A DNA stretch of 64,000 nt. Origin: Macrostomum lignano. Taxonomy: Eukaryota. Both the position numbers and the translations under genes were made by a program. Each line of letters opens with the position of its first letter. The first letter of the stretch is position 1. The stretch is from the NCBI GenBank assembly GCA_002269645.1, contig NIVC01000514.1, positions 310,001-374,000 of the forward strand, read 5' to 3'. Positions 11,591 to 23,512 of the stretch are shown here, piece after piece. The notes under the pieces were generated by a model. It worked only from the letters and a program-made list of their open reading frames with translations. It was not told the DNA's origin and searched no databases.

Positions 11591-12253
11591 ATGGAGACCT
11601 CGAATTCCGCGGAGGAGTGCACCGAGGATCTGTACAGCACGGCAGCCGAGCTGGCCAGGCAGTTTGAGGCGGTCATCGGCAACATGCGGCACCAGCAGCA
11701 GGGCGACCAGCGGCAGCAGCAGCAACAGAAACTGCAGCAACAGCTGGAGATCTTGCTGGCCCAGTGTGAGCAGCACAGCTGCCAGGGCGGACAGCCAGAT
11801 CAAAACCTGCCGCAGTGGCGTCAGCAAAAGCAGAAGATGCTGCAGCACCAGGATGAAGAAGTGCACCAGCGAAAGCAGAAGATGCCACAGCACCAGGATG
11901 AAGAAGTGCGTCAGCAAAAGCAGATGCCGCAGCACCAGGATGAAGAAGTGCATCAGCGAAAGCAGAAGATGCCGCAGCACCAGGATGAAGAAGTGCATCA
12001 ACGAAAGCAGAAGATGCCGCAGCAGCGGGAAGCTCAGCAGCACCTGCAGGTGGCCAACAGCAACGCCAGCAACCAGGGGGACGGCCGCCACTGCCAGCCG
12101 GTCTGCACGGAGCCCAGCGAGCTGCGGCTGGTCCTGCGGCTGGAGGCCTGGATTGACGACTGCGGCTCGCTGATGGTGCGGCCGAGCATCCACGAGGACC
12201 TCGACGCCAGCGCGGCTGCTGAAGGTGCTGGAGGAGGTCCTGAAGATTACTGA
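11591..12253 (+). CDS. Intronless Gln-rich hypothetical protein (about 220 aa) with a 14-15 aa internal repeat
   Basis: ATG at 11591 (ORF track starts at TTG 11564). GC3-rich codons like the neighbouring genes. About 4 copies of KMPQHQDEEVHQRKQ. No family recognised. Confidence 0.55.
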   Translation: METSNSAEECTEDLYSTAAELARQFEAVIGNMRHQQQGDQRQQQQQKLQQQLEILLAQCEQHSCQGGQPDQNLPQWRQQKQKMLQHQDEEVHQRKQKMPQHQDEEVRQQKQMPQHQDEEVHQRKQKMPQHQDEEVHQRKQKMPQQREAQQHLQVANSNASNQGDGRHCQPVCTEPSELRLVLRLEAWIDDCGSLMVRPSIHEDLDASAAAEGAGGGPEDY

Positions 12254-12629
12254 GGCTGGGGAAGGTTGGACTGGACTCTCAGCTCTCTGCTGACATGCCT
12301 CAAGCGGTTTTGTAGGCAGCGGTACCATGCATAAAGGCTCAGGAGTTTTTGTTGTTTCAGCTAGTTTAGTCTCAGCAAACTTACTATTTAACAGCCTCAC
12401 GGAGCAGTCCTTTGATAAGAAAAAAATCATTCAGGCTAAAATTGCTCATGACTGCAAGTTTCCCGCGTCTCACTGCATTTCCTCTCTCTGGTTTAAGAGC
12501 GCGAGATTCGATCGAGTATTGCATATCGGATTGGGTGCTGCTTTGAGTCTGAAAACCCCGAGAGTCGCTTTCAATTCGCTCAGAGAATTCCCCTACATCG
12601 CCTGAAGACTTTTCTTTAAGCTGACGTGA

Positions 12630-13400
12630 GAATCGCCCCGACTCCACCCTAAGAACCACCCTGGCAACAGCCCCTAATGCACACTAGAAATCGCCCCTAC
12701 TCTACCCTGAGAATCGCCCTAATCCACCCTGAGAATCGCCCCTAATCCACCCAAAGAATCACCCTTAATCCACCCTGCAAATCGCCCCTTTAATCCACCG
12801 AGAATCACCCCTAATCCACCCTAAGAATCACCCCTAATCCACCCGACAATCACCCCTAATCCACCCTAAGAATCACCTCTAATCCACCCTAAGAATCACC
12901 CCTAATCCACCCTAAGAATCACCCCTAATCCACCCCGAGAATCACCCCCTAATCCACCCTATGAATCACCCCTAATCCACCCCGAGAATCGCCCCTAATC
13001 CACCCTATGAATCACCCCTAATCCACCCCGAGAATCACCCCTAATCCACCCTAAGAATCACCTCTAATCCACCCTAAAAATCATCCCTAATCCACCCCGA
13101 GAATCACCCCTAATCCACCCGAGAATCACCCCTAATCCACCCTAAGAATCACCCCTAATCCACCCGAGAATCACCCCTAATCCACCCTAAGAATCACCCC
13201 TAATCCACCCTAAGAATCACCCCTAATCCACCCCGAGAATCACCCCTAATCCGCCCTGAGAATCACCGCTTATTCGCCCTGAGAATCACCGCTAATCCGC
13301 CCTGATAATCGCCCTTAATCCGCCCGGAGAATCGCCTCTAATCCAGCCTGAGAATCGTCCCTAATCCACCCTGAGAATCGCCCCTAATCATGGCAACCGC
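12630..13400. repeat. Intergenic satellite, about 23-bp unit (CCCTAATCCACCCTAAGAATCAC) containing telomere-like CCCTAA hexamers
   Basis: Seen directly; about 33 units, degenerating at both ends. Confidence 0.92.
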
Positions 13401-13860
13401 CCCTAAACCCTCTTAATTGTAATTATGAGCGTAATTCTCGCATTGCCTCTTCAGCTGCAGCAGAGCCCACACCCAGCTTTTGAAATAATGGAATTATCAA
13501 TAAAATCCTATCCTATGCAACACTGCACAGATTTTTGCAGATTGAAAATCAGCTCATAGTCCCCCCGCGCTCGCATTCTCCAAAAATAGAATGAACAAAT
13601 CCATGACTGCAGAAATTGCATAGCAGCCATTCTCATTGTTTAACCCGCTAAGCAAATGCAAATAGCGCGCGCTGTTGAGAATCGAGAGCCCCCGGGCTCA
13701 TGCCATTGGCACGGCAAACTGTGCTGGCTCCGCTGCGCATTCAACAAACACGATAGATATTTGACTGCCAGGCCGAGTTTAAGGCTGCTCGGCCAGCTCA
13801 GCTCGGTCACAGTTTTATTGCCTGCTTTCACTCGACGCCGTTGGAGCGCCCGAGCTGCAG

Positions 13861-15339
13861 ATGCCAATTACTGCTAGTAAGTGAGGCGTCCTGAACAGCA
13901 CAGCAACCCATTCTGGCAGTCACGGCAGTCACACACAGTAAACTCACTTAAGTTGAAACCGCATTCACCAATAGAAACATCGCATTCGCCCACACAGGCA
14001 CCGCATTCACCAACAGGCATCGCATTCACCCACAGGCACCGCATTCACCCAGGCACCGCATTCACCCACAGACACCGCATTCACCCACAGGCACCGCATT
14101 CACCCTCACAGACACCGCATTCACCCATACAGGCACCGCATTCACCCAGACACCGCATTCACCCAAGACACCGCATTCACCCAGGCACCGCATTCACCCA
14201 CAGACACCGCATTCATCCATACAGACACCGCATTCACCCAGGCACCGCATTCACCCAGACACCGCATTCACCCACACAGGCACCGCATTCACCCACAGAC
14301 ACCGCATTCACCCAGGCACCGCATTCACCCACAGACACCGCATTCATCCATACAGACACCGCATTCACCCAGGCACCGCATTCACCCAGACACCGCATTC
14401 ACCCACACAGGCACCGCATTCACCCACAGACACCGCATTCACCCTCACAGACACCGCATTCACCCATACAGGCACCGCATTCACCCTCACAGACACCGCA
14501 TTCACCCACAGACACTGCATTCACCCTCACCGACACCGCATTCACTCACAGACACCGCATTCACCCATGTTACAAGGCACCGCATTCACCCACAGACACT
14601 GAATTCACCCACAAACACCGCATTCACCCATGTTACAAGGCACCGCATTCACCCACAGACACTGAATTCACCCACAAACACCGCATTCACCCATGTTACA
14701 AGGCACCGCATTCACCCACAGACACTGAATTCACCCACAAACACCGCATTCACTCACAGGCACCGCATTTCACTTTCAAGTTTCACCCTCACAGGCACCT
14801 CATTCACCCTCACAGGCACTGATTTCACCCACACAGGCACCGCATTCACCCACACAGAGCAGAAAGGCCGCGCCACCCAGCAGAGGCGCAAGCAGCCCCC
14901 AGCAGACGAAGAAGTTTGGAAAGCAGCCTTCAAGCGGCTGGACAAGCGCGGCCGCGGCGCCATCGCCATCGGCGACCTGGGAGAGGCTCTGCGCCGCGCC
15001 AAGTTTGTCCTGTCGGAGGAGGAGGTCCAGGACTACGCCAAGGACGCTGATCCCGACGCCAGCGGCACCGTGGAGCTGCCGAACTTCCTGACCGTGGCGG
15101 CCAGGGCAAAGGCGGAGACGCTGTCGCCGGAACAGTGGGCACAAGCTCTGGACGAGGCCTTCCTGACGTTCGACAAGGTGGAGGCCGGCAGGCTGAAGGC
15201 GGAGGACCTGCAGGGCTGGCTGACGCAGCTGGGCGAGCCACTGGAGGCCAAGGAAGTGGCGCAGATGCTGCGCGGTCTGGTGGACGAGAACGGCATGGTG
15301 GTGTATCAGGACCTCGTCAAGAGGCTGGCCAAGCTGTGA
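13861..15339 (+). CDS. Calmodulin-like / myosin-light-chain-like EF-hand protein, about 165 aa
   Basis: Exon 1 13861-13876 (ATG CCA ATT ACT GCT A|gtaagt); exon 2 14858-15339 (cacacag|AG CAG AAA), in frame. Sequence VWKAAFKRLDKRGRGAIAIGDLGEALRR...DADPDASGTVELPNFL...AFLTFDKVEAGRLKAEDLQGWLTQLGEPLEAKEVAQML is a 4-EF-hand CaM-family fold. AATAAA at 15389. Exon 1 is less certain than exon 2. Confidence 0.82.
13975..14857. repeat. Intronic minisatellite of the EF-hand gene, 17-21 bp units (CACCGCATTCACCCACAGG/A)
   Basis: Seen directly; runs up to the 3' splice site at 14857. Confidence 0.93.
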
Positions 15340-16069
15340 CTCATGCGGTTGCGTGAAATTCGAACTGCAGTGTCAAATTAGAAATGGCAATAAAGCTGAA
15401 TTTGAGGAACGCGGGTCGTTCGAGCAAGCCTCCTCCGACTTCTGCTGCTCGTATTTTGCTGAAACTGCATGGTCAGCTGAAGGTCAGATGCAGGCCTATT
15501 CCCGGCCGGGCCTATCCCAGCTGACTCCTGCCCTGCCGCCAGCCAACCCCTAAGTGAAGTAAATAACAGGTGGAGTCATTCCGCATAACTACACGGGTTG
15601 CATGTGCTGCAGCCGCCGCACTCAGGATTAACAGCAAGTATAATACAGCTTTAGTAGCAGGTAGTGGACAGTCTTGGTGTGCGGGTGCAAAGCGACATGT
15701 TAACAGACAATGGGCAAGCAGTTCTCGCATGTTCTCACAAATGAGAAGGAAATCTGAGACAGGTAAAAGCAGCAATAAGCAACAGTTATAAACTACAAAT
15801 TCAGAGCGATAGGACCAGGTGGACAACAGCGACGGTCGGGTCAAAGGAATCAGGGCACAAAACAAGACAAAACAACTTCAAAGAACATTACAAGGTCAGG
15901 CTAAGCAAATGGCGGGACTGAGGGATGGAGGGGCCAAAAATACTTGTTTGGCACCGCGACAGACGAATTCACGATAGCACAGGCAGCGCTTTAAGGAAAT
16001 CCAGGCCGACTTCTGCTCAGTCTGAAGTCTTGGACTTGCGCCTGCTAGACTTGGAGAGCTGGGAATTCA

Positions 16070-16935
16070 GGCTGTGAGAGCTGGGGTTTCAGGGGCTGTC
16101 TATGAGAGCTGGGGTTTCAGGGGCTATCTATGAGAGCTGGGGTTTCAGGGACTGTCTATGAGAGCTGGGGTTTCAAGGGCTGTCTATGAGAGCTGGGGTT
16201 TCAGGGGCTATCTATGAGAGCTGGGGTTTCAGGGACTGTCTATGAGAGCTGGGGTTTCAGGGACTGTCTATGAGAGCTGGGGTTTCAGGGGCTGTCTATG
16301 AGAGCTGAGGTTTCATGGGCTGTCTATGAGAGCTGGGGTTTCAGGGACTGTCTATGAGAGCTGAGGTTTCAGGGGCTGTCTATGAGAGCTGGGGTTTCAG
16401 GGGCTGTCTATGAGAGCTGAGGTTTCAGGAGCTGTCTATGAGAGCTGGGGTTTCAGGGACTATCTATGAGAACTGGGGTTTCAGGGACTGTCTATGAGAG
16501 CTGAGGTTTCAGGGGCTGTCTATGAGAGCTGAGGTTTCAGGAGCTGTCTATGAGAGCTGGGGTTTCAGGGACTATCTATGAGAACTGTGGTTTCAGGGAC
16601 TGTCTATGAGAGCTGGGGTTTCAGGGGCTGTCTATGAGAGCTGAGGTTTCATGGGCTGTCTATGAGAGCTGGGGTTTCAGGGGCTGTCTATGAGAGCTGA
16701 GGTTTCATGGGCTGTCTATGAGAGCTGGGGTTTCAGGGGCTGTCTATGAGAGCTGGGGTTTCAGGGACTGTCTATGAGAGCTGAGGTTTCAGGGGCTGTC
16801 TATGAGAGCTGGGGTTTCGGGGGCTGTCTATGAGAGCTGGGGTTTCAGGGACTGTCTATGAGAGCTGAGGTTTCAGGGGCTGTCTATGATAGCTTGGGTT
16901 TTAAGGGGCTGTCTATGAGAGCTATGGTTTCAGGG
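16070..16935. repeat. Minisatellite, 28-bp unit (GAGAGCTGGGGTTTCAGGGGCTGTCTAT), about 31 copies, between convergent genes
   Basis: Seen directly. Confidence 0.95.
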
Positions 16936-17508
16936 GGATCATGGAATGTGTTTGGGACTTTAAAGACAGATTTTTAAGCCTCGGGATGGAAGTTGTGAGC
17001 TGACGTAGGGTCAGAATACGTAGCGTCAATCGCTTCATCAGTCGCTAGCAACTCTAACAAATTGGGATTATTTACTAAAATTAGCGATAGCCAGCAACAA
17101 CAGGGAGGGTTGCACAATAAATTAAAAGTAAACAAAACAATTCTACGGCCAAAAACAGATTAGGGGGGTGAATTACTGGCAGCACAGCACGTCTACAACA
17201 GCAAACACACAGCGGAACCGTGGGCGGGGCTTCTGGACAGCACTCGGCTGGGATGTCGCCCAGTTACTAAAGTACACTATCGGCAATATCAGACAGCTGC
17301 ACAATACGGAGCAGGGACTAACGGAACTGCGCAACCATTTTCAATGTGAAACACGGGCGGCAGTTTAAATTAACCGCAGCAGTGCAAGCATTGGTCGCAG
17401 GCTCCACATGCCACACTGATTATTAAAGCGCAGGTGTCGGACAACACCTTGACAATGTCCATGCGCTTGGAATTCCCCAAACCGGCTGCACAGCCCGGCA
17501 GCCGCTCC

Positions 17509-18322
17509 CTAGCAGCGGCGAAGGTCCAGGATGACCACCTGCAGTGGGAATTGATGGGGATGAGGGTGTGAAGCGGCTGGGTTTGTATAATTGTAGCATC
17601 ACACCAATGGGAGGGGGAGATGGGAAACAAGAGGGAGGGAGAAGGGAGATGGGGAAATGGGAGGGGAGAAGGGAGATGGGGAAATGGGATGGGAGAAGGG
17701 AGATGGGGAAATGGGAGGGGAGAAGGGAGATGGGGAAATGGGAGGGGAGAAGGGAGATGGGGAAATGGGAGGGGGAGGGAGATGGGGAAATGGGAGGGGA
17801 GAAGGGAGATGGGGAAATGGGAGGGGGAGGGAGATGGGGAAATGGGAGGGGAGAAGGGAGATGGGGAAATGGGAGGGGAGAAGGGAGATGGGGAAATGGG
17901 ATGGGAGAAGGGAGATGGGGAAATGGGAGGGGAGAAGGGAGATGGGGAAATGGGAGGGGGAGGGAGATGGGGAAATGGGAGGGGAGAAGGGAGATGGGGA
18001 AATGGGAGGGGAGGGAGATGGGGAAATGGGAGGGGAGAAGGGAGATGGGGAAATGGGAGGGGAGAAGGGAGATGGGGAAATGGGATGGGAGAAGGGAGAT
18101 GGGGAAATGGGATGGGAGAAGGGAGATGGGGAAATGGAATGGGAGAAGGGAGATGGGGAAATGGGATGGGAGAAGGGAGATGGGGAAATGGGAGGGGAGA
18201 AGGGAGATGGGGAAATGGGAGGGGAGAAGGGAGATGGGGAAATGGGAGGGGAGAAGGGAGATGGGGAAATGGGAGGGGAGAAGGGAGATGGGGAAATGGG
18301 AGGCAAGGGAAAATAAAATAAA

Positions 18323-18359
<37 letters not shown>

Positions 18360-21300
18360 CCATGGGAAAATGAGAGAACGAAGGGGATAGATGTGAGAAG
18401 ACAGAAAGGTTAGTAAAGGAGAATTTGCTCAAGAAACCAAACCAAAAAGCTGTTTTATCTTATTAGCTAAAACGCCATAGACTCAGAAGCAATAAAACCG
18501 GCACTGAGGCCCGCTGCTGGCGGTCACTTACGGTGCCGTCGGCAGCGCTGGCGCCAACGCGGTCCCCGGTGTGGTTCCAGCAGACCTCAAAGATGCCGCC
18601 GGTGCCCTGGTACTTGTGCACCAGCGAGCCGGACTGCGGGCGGCAAAGAAGCGGCGCGTGAAAAGATAATTAGAGAAATAGAGCGGAAATTCAAGCTGCA
18701 ATCTGCGCATTTGAAAGCAGCAATTAAAGACTAGACGCAATTTAATTTACGAGTACAAGCTCGCGTACTTGCAGAAAGCAGCAATCTACTGCATTCTCCT
18801 AAAGCAGCAAACTAGACTTTTACTAAAAGCAGAAATCCACTAGCCAAAGTGCTTTCCTAAAATCAGCAATCTCGAACTTTTTCTAAAAGCAGCAATCTAC
18901 GGGCTTTTCCTAAAAGCAGCAATGCACAGACTTTCTAAAAGCAGCAATCTACTGGCTTTTTTAAAAAGCAGCTATCTACTGGCTTTTCCTAAAAGAAGAA
19001 ATCTACAGGTTTTTCCTAAAAGCAGCAATGCAGACTTTCTAAAAGCAGCAATCTACTGGCTTTTCCTAAAAGAAGCAATCAAATGGCTTGTCCTAAAAGC
19101 AACAATCTACTGGCTTGTCCTAAAAGTAGCAATGCAGACTTTCTAAAAGCAGCAATCTACTGGCTTGTCCTAAAAGTAGCAATCTACTGGCTTTTCCTAA
19201 AAGCAGCAATCTACTGGCTTTTCGTAAAAGCAGCAATCCATGGGCTTTTCCTTAAAGCAGAAAAGCTTTGATACGTAGGCGCAGCAATAAAAGCAATTAC
19301 CGCAATATCCCAGATGTGCACGCATTTGTCAAAGCTGCCCGAGGCCAAGTAGTGCCCGCATGGCGAGAAAGCCACGCTGTACACGGGCTCATTGTGGTTG
19401 GAGAACACCTGGGCGCAGGCGCCGGCCTCCACGTCCCACAGGCGGACAGTCGAATCGAAACTCGCGCTGGCAGGTGAGCGAAATTAGGGAATGAGAGGCT
19501 CGATGTTGCAGTGAAGGGTTTAAAAAATAAGTCGGCTGAAGCTTAGGAAATATCCTATATGGTTTTGGGTGGGGGTCAGAACTGTCTCATGTATGGAGTG
19601 GGAGTCAGGATTGCCCCAATATACTCGTCAGCACTGCCAATATCCAATAACCAATAGCTACCAAGGCTACAAGTCAGGATTGCCCCAATATACTCGTCAG
19701 CACTGCCAATATCCAATAACCAATAGCTACCAAGGCTACAAGTCAGGATTGCCCCAATATACTCGTCAGCACTGCCAATATCCAATAACCAATAGCTACC
19801 AAGGCTACAAGTCAGGATTGCCCCAATATACTCGTCAGCACTGCCAATATCCAATAACCAATAGCTACCAAGGCTACAAGTCAGGATTGCCCCAATATAC
19901 TCGTCAGCACTGCCAATATCCAATAACCAATAGCTACCAAGGCTACAAGTCAGGATTGCCCCAATATACTCGTCAGCACTGCCAATATCCAATAACCAAT
20001 AGCTACCAAGGCTACAAGTCAGGATTGCCCCAATATACTCGTCAGCACTGCCAATATCCAATAACCAATAGCTACCAAGGCTACAAGTCAGGATTGCCCC
20101 AATATACTCGTCAGCACTGCCAATATCCAATAACCAATAGCTACCAAGGCTACAAAGCTGAATTCGCACCTGGCCAAGTAGAGGTTGGCATTGGGATTCT
20201 GCGAGTTGTACCCCGTGGGGCTCCACTTGATGGTGTAGATCTCCTTCTGGTGCGCCTTGAAGTCGTGGATGGGGTGCGGCCGGTCCATGGACCACAGCTT
20301 CAGGGTCATGTCGTCCGAGCAGGAGGCCAGCAGGCGGCCCTGTGGGTCCCACTTAATCGCGTTGACCTCGTTTGTGTGGCCCTTGAATATCTCGATGGGC
20401 TGCTCGCGACCGAGGCGGCACACCTGGATGCTCTGGTCTGTCGAGCAGCTGGCGAATGTGTTGTTGCTCTGCCAGTCCACGTCCAGAGCGGGCGCTGGAG
20501 CGGCGAGGAGGTGGGACTGGTACAGGAGTCCAAGTAGGACTGGTACAGGACTCGGTGTACAAGTAGAACTGGTACAAGAGAATGTGTACAAGTAGGTCTG
20601 GAACAGGACTCGGTGTACAAGTAGGTCTGGTACAGGACTCGGTGTACAAGTAGGTCTGGTACAGGACTCGGTGTACAAGTAGGTCTGGTACAGGACTCGG
20701 TGTACAAGTAAGACTGGTACAGAAGTCGGTGTACAAGTAGGTCTGGTACAGGAGTCGGTGTACAAGTAGGACGGGTACAGGAGTATGTGTACAAGTAAGA
20801 CTGGTGCAGGAGTCGGTGTACAAGTAATACTGGTACAGTATTCGGTGTACAAGTAGGACGGGTACAAGATACCGTGTACAAGTAAATAAAGTTCAGGGCA
20901 ATCTTCAGGCTCACCTGTATGGAATGCAAACTGCTGCTTTGCCTGACCCGTGGTGGCGTCCCAAATGATGGTTGTCTGAAATTCACCAGGAAAAAAAGGC
21001 ATTTTAACCGCAGATTTCTTAGAATGATCGCTTCAATTAGCTCACCTTATCGACCCCGGCGCTGAGTATGAGGTTGCCAGCTTTGTTCCACTTCAGCGCA
21101 AATATTGGGCCCTTGTGCTGGCCCAGGGTGCAGACCAGCGTACCTGAGTAGAGATAATTTTTTAACCATAAACTTTATTGAACTCAATTGCTACTGTCAG
21201 TAGCTTAATAGATCACAGAAGGTATGAGGAGATGACCAAGCTCGTTCAGGTGACAAGAATTAGCCCAGCCCATAATTTGAGCGAATTTGTCAGGCGCAAA

Positions 21301-23512
21301 ACTACAAGGCAACTAAAAAAGAGCTCAAGTATCAAATAATTTCCTACCGTCTGTTGCCCACAGCCGCGCGAAGCCATCGTAGGATCCCGTCGCCAGCCGG
21401 GAGCCGTCATACTGCAAAGGCGGGCGGTGGGTTGGCGGGTTAAGGACGGTGGGGTGAGCTGGTTGGGGGAGGAAGGAAAATGCAAATGTTAGCAAATTAT
21501 AAAGGGGAGAAGGGAGATGAGAAGACGTAGGGAAGACGATGAGAAGTGAAAAGGCGTGGAGAGAGGTGATGAGAAAACGTGGAAGAGGTGATGAGGAGGA
21601 GTGGAAAGAGGTGATGAGGAGGAGTGGAAAGAGGTGATGAGGAGGAGTGGAAAGAGGTGATGAGGGGTGGAGATGTGATGAGAATACGTGCGGAGCGATG
21701 ATAAGACGTGAGAAAAAGTGGGGAGAGATGAGAAGACGTCAGAAGATGTGGGGAGAGATGACAAGACGTGAGAAGACGTGGGGAGAGATGAGAAGACGTG
21801 AGAAGACGTTGGGAGAGATGAGAAGACGTGAGAAGACGTTGGGAGAGATGATAAGACGTGAGAATAGGTAGGGGGAGATGAGAAGACGTGAGAAGACGTT
21901 GGGAGAGATGATAAGACGTGAGAATAGGTAGGGGGAGATGACAAAACGTGAGAATAGATGGGGGGAGATGATAAGACGTGAGAATAGGTAGGGGGAGATG
22001 ACAAAACGTGAGAATAGGTGGGGGGAGATGATAAGACGTGAAAATACGTGGGGGGAGATGACAAGACGTGAGAAGACGTGGGGAGAGATGAGAAGACGTG
22101 AGAAGACGTTGGGAGAGATGACAAGACGTGAGAAGACGTGGGGGGAGATAGTAATTAAGAAAGCCTAAGAAGAAATGAGGATGGTTGGGAGGACGGGATA
22201 AGATGCGGAAAGGGGGTGACTGGGAAAGAGAAGAGGTCAGAGGTAGGGAGGTAAGTAAAAGCAGGGTGTGAATGGAAGATGAAGGAGAAACAGAGCAGTG
22301 AGAACAGAATCTGGCCACTAAGGGCTATCATTGCTTAGGACAGGCCAGAAAATTTCTGCTCACATTCCAGTCAAGCGAGGTGACATCCTTGTTGCTGGGC
22401 ACGTCCATGCCACCCCGGCTAATGCAGTGCTTGAGCACCAGCTGCTTCTTGGGATCAACGGCGCTGGCAAGGTCGGTGGCGTCCCACAGGCGGGCGGTGG
22501 AGTCGCCAGAGCCCGAGGCCAGCAGGTTCTGGCGGGGGTTCCAGGCGCAGATGAACACCTCGGACTCGTGGCCGCGCAGCACCGTGACCCGGCTGGGCGG
22601 GATCTCCAGCGGCACGGCGAGGGAGTCTCGGCCGGCCGAGGCGAGGCCATCGCCGTCCTGCGCCATGTGGTCCTCGCCGTTGACCGCCTGGCCGAACGGC
22701 TTGCTGCCGGCTGAAGCTGAGGGCAATGGGGCTGCTCGATAGCCCGACACTCCATCAGACACTTTGACGGACACTGACAGACACTGCACCAGAAGCTGAC
22801 AGACACTGCACCAGACACTGACAGACACTGCACCAGGCAGTGACAGACACTAGACCAGGCAGTGACAGACACTACACCAGGCAGTGACAGACACTAGACC
22901 AGGCAGTGACAGACACTACACCAGGCACTCGCACTAAAATAGGACATTCCACCCAAAATTGACTATCATGTACGTCACTTTGCTACCAGATAATCAAAGC
23001 TGACTACCAGGCGATGGCATTAACTATCTACCCCCACAACATGTACATCTACAAGTAGCTCCAATTATCTACCAGACATCAGCCACAGGACCACCTGACC
23101 CCAGCACTTACCAGCGCCCGGCCTGCCGCTAACACGGCATTTCTCAGCCTCGGCCACCTGCTTCTTGCGCATCTCCACCACCTCCGGCATGACGGAGTCG
23201 ATCAGGGACAGAGACTCCACGACTCGCTCGGAGCCGCCCTCGCCAATGCTGATCTCGGCCTCGGTGTACTGCAGGCCCTTCTGAATGATCTGCAGCAGAG
23301 CGGCCGGCGGCACCATGGAGCCATTGATGTTGGTGCTGGAGATGTGGCTTTCCACACCGAATAAGAAGGCCGAGTGCAGATAGCCTGGCGTGTTGCAATG
23401 CCAGGTGTAAAGTTAAACCGAGCAAAGAAAACTTTAAACAGCCGAAGGACTTACCCGACTCCTGCAGGTAACGATAGATAAGAAAGTTGACTTCATCACT
23501 GCTGAAGCTCAT
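17509..23512 (-). CDS. TBL1XR1: F-box-like/WD40 protein TBL1/TBL1XR1 (ebi), NCoR/SMRT corepressor subunit, about 528 aa
   Basis: Minus-strand exons 23512-23455, 23384-23112, 22773-22364, 21411-21348, 21143-21046, 20975-20915, 20494-20170, 19466-19301, 18633-18532, 17538-17509. All GT-AG, total 1587 nt. LisH N-terminus [26 protein letters not shown]; WD repeats [40 protein letters not shown]; C-terminus [11 protein letters not shown]...VILDLRRC. Confidence 0.96.
17612..18355. repeat. TBL1 intron 9 purine-rich minisatellite, 27-bp unit (GGGAAATGGGAGGGGAGAAGGGAGATG), then (GA)n
   Basis: Seen directly; about 26 copies. Confidence 0.95.
18775..19265. repeat. TBL1 intron 8 degenerate about 26-bp repeat (AAAGCAGCAATCTACTGGCTTTTCCT)
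   Basis: Seen directly. Confidence 0.88.
19603..20154. repeat. TBL1 intron 7: 69-bp unit x 8, apparently identical copies
   Basis: AGTCAGGATT...AAGGCTACA; 552 bp = 8 x 69; no spacers. Confidence 0.97.
20515..20885. repeat. TBL1 intron 6 minisatellite, 29-bp unit (TGGTACAGGACTCGGTGTACAAGTAGGTC), about 12 copies
   Basis: Seen directly. Confidence 0.92.
21540..22150. repeat. TBL1 intron 3 purine-rich minisatellites (21-bp and 30-bp units)
   Basis: GAGGTGATGAGGAGGAGTGGA, then GGGAGAGATGAGAAGACGTGAGAAGACGT-type units. Confidence 0.9.
22775..22925. repeat. TBL1 intron 2 short repeat (ACACTGCACCAG/GCAGTGACAG) abutting the exon 3 acceptor
   Basis: Seen directly. Confidence 0.8.

Noticed and set aside
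19603-20154. Possible CRISPR array (regular long direct repeats)
   Set aside because: Units are head-to-tail with no unique spacers, lie in an intron of a eukaryotic gene, and there are no cas genes.
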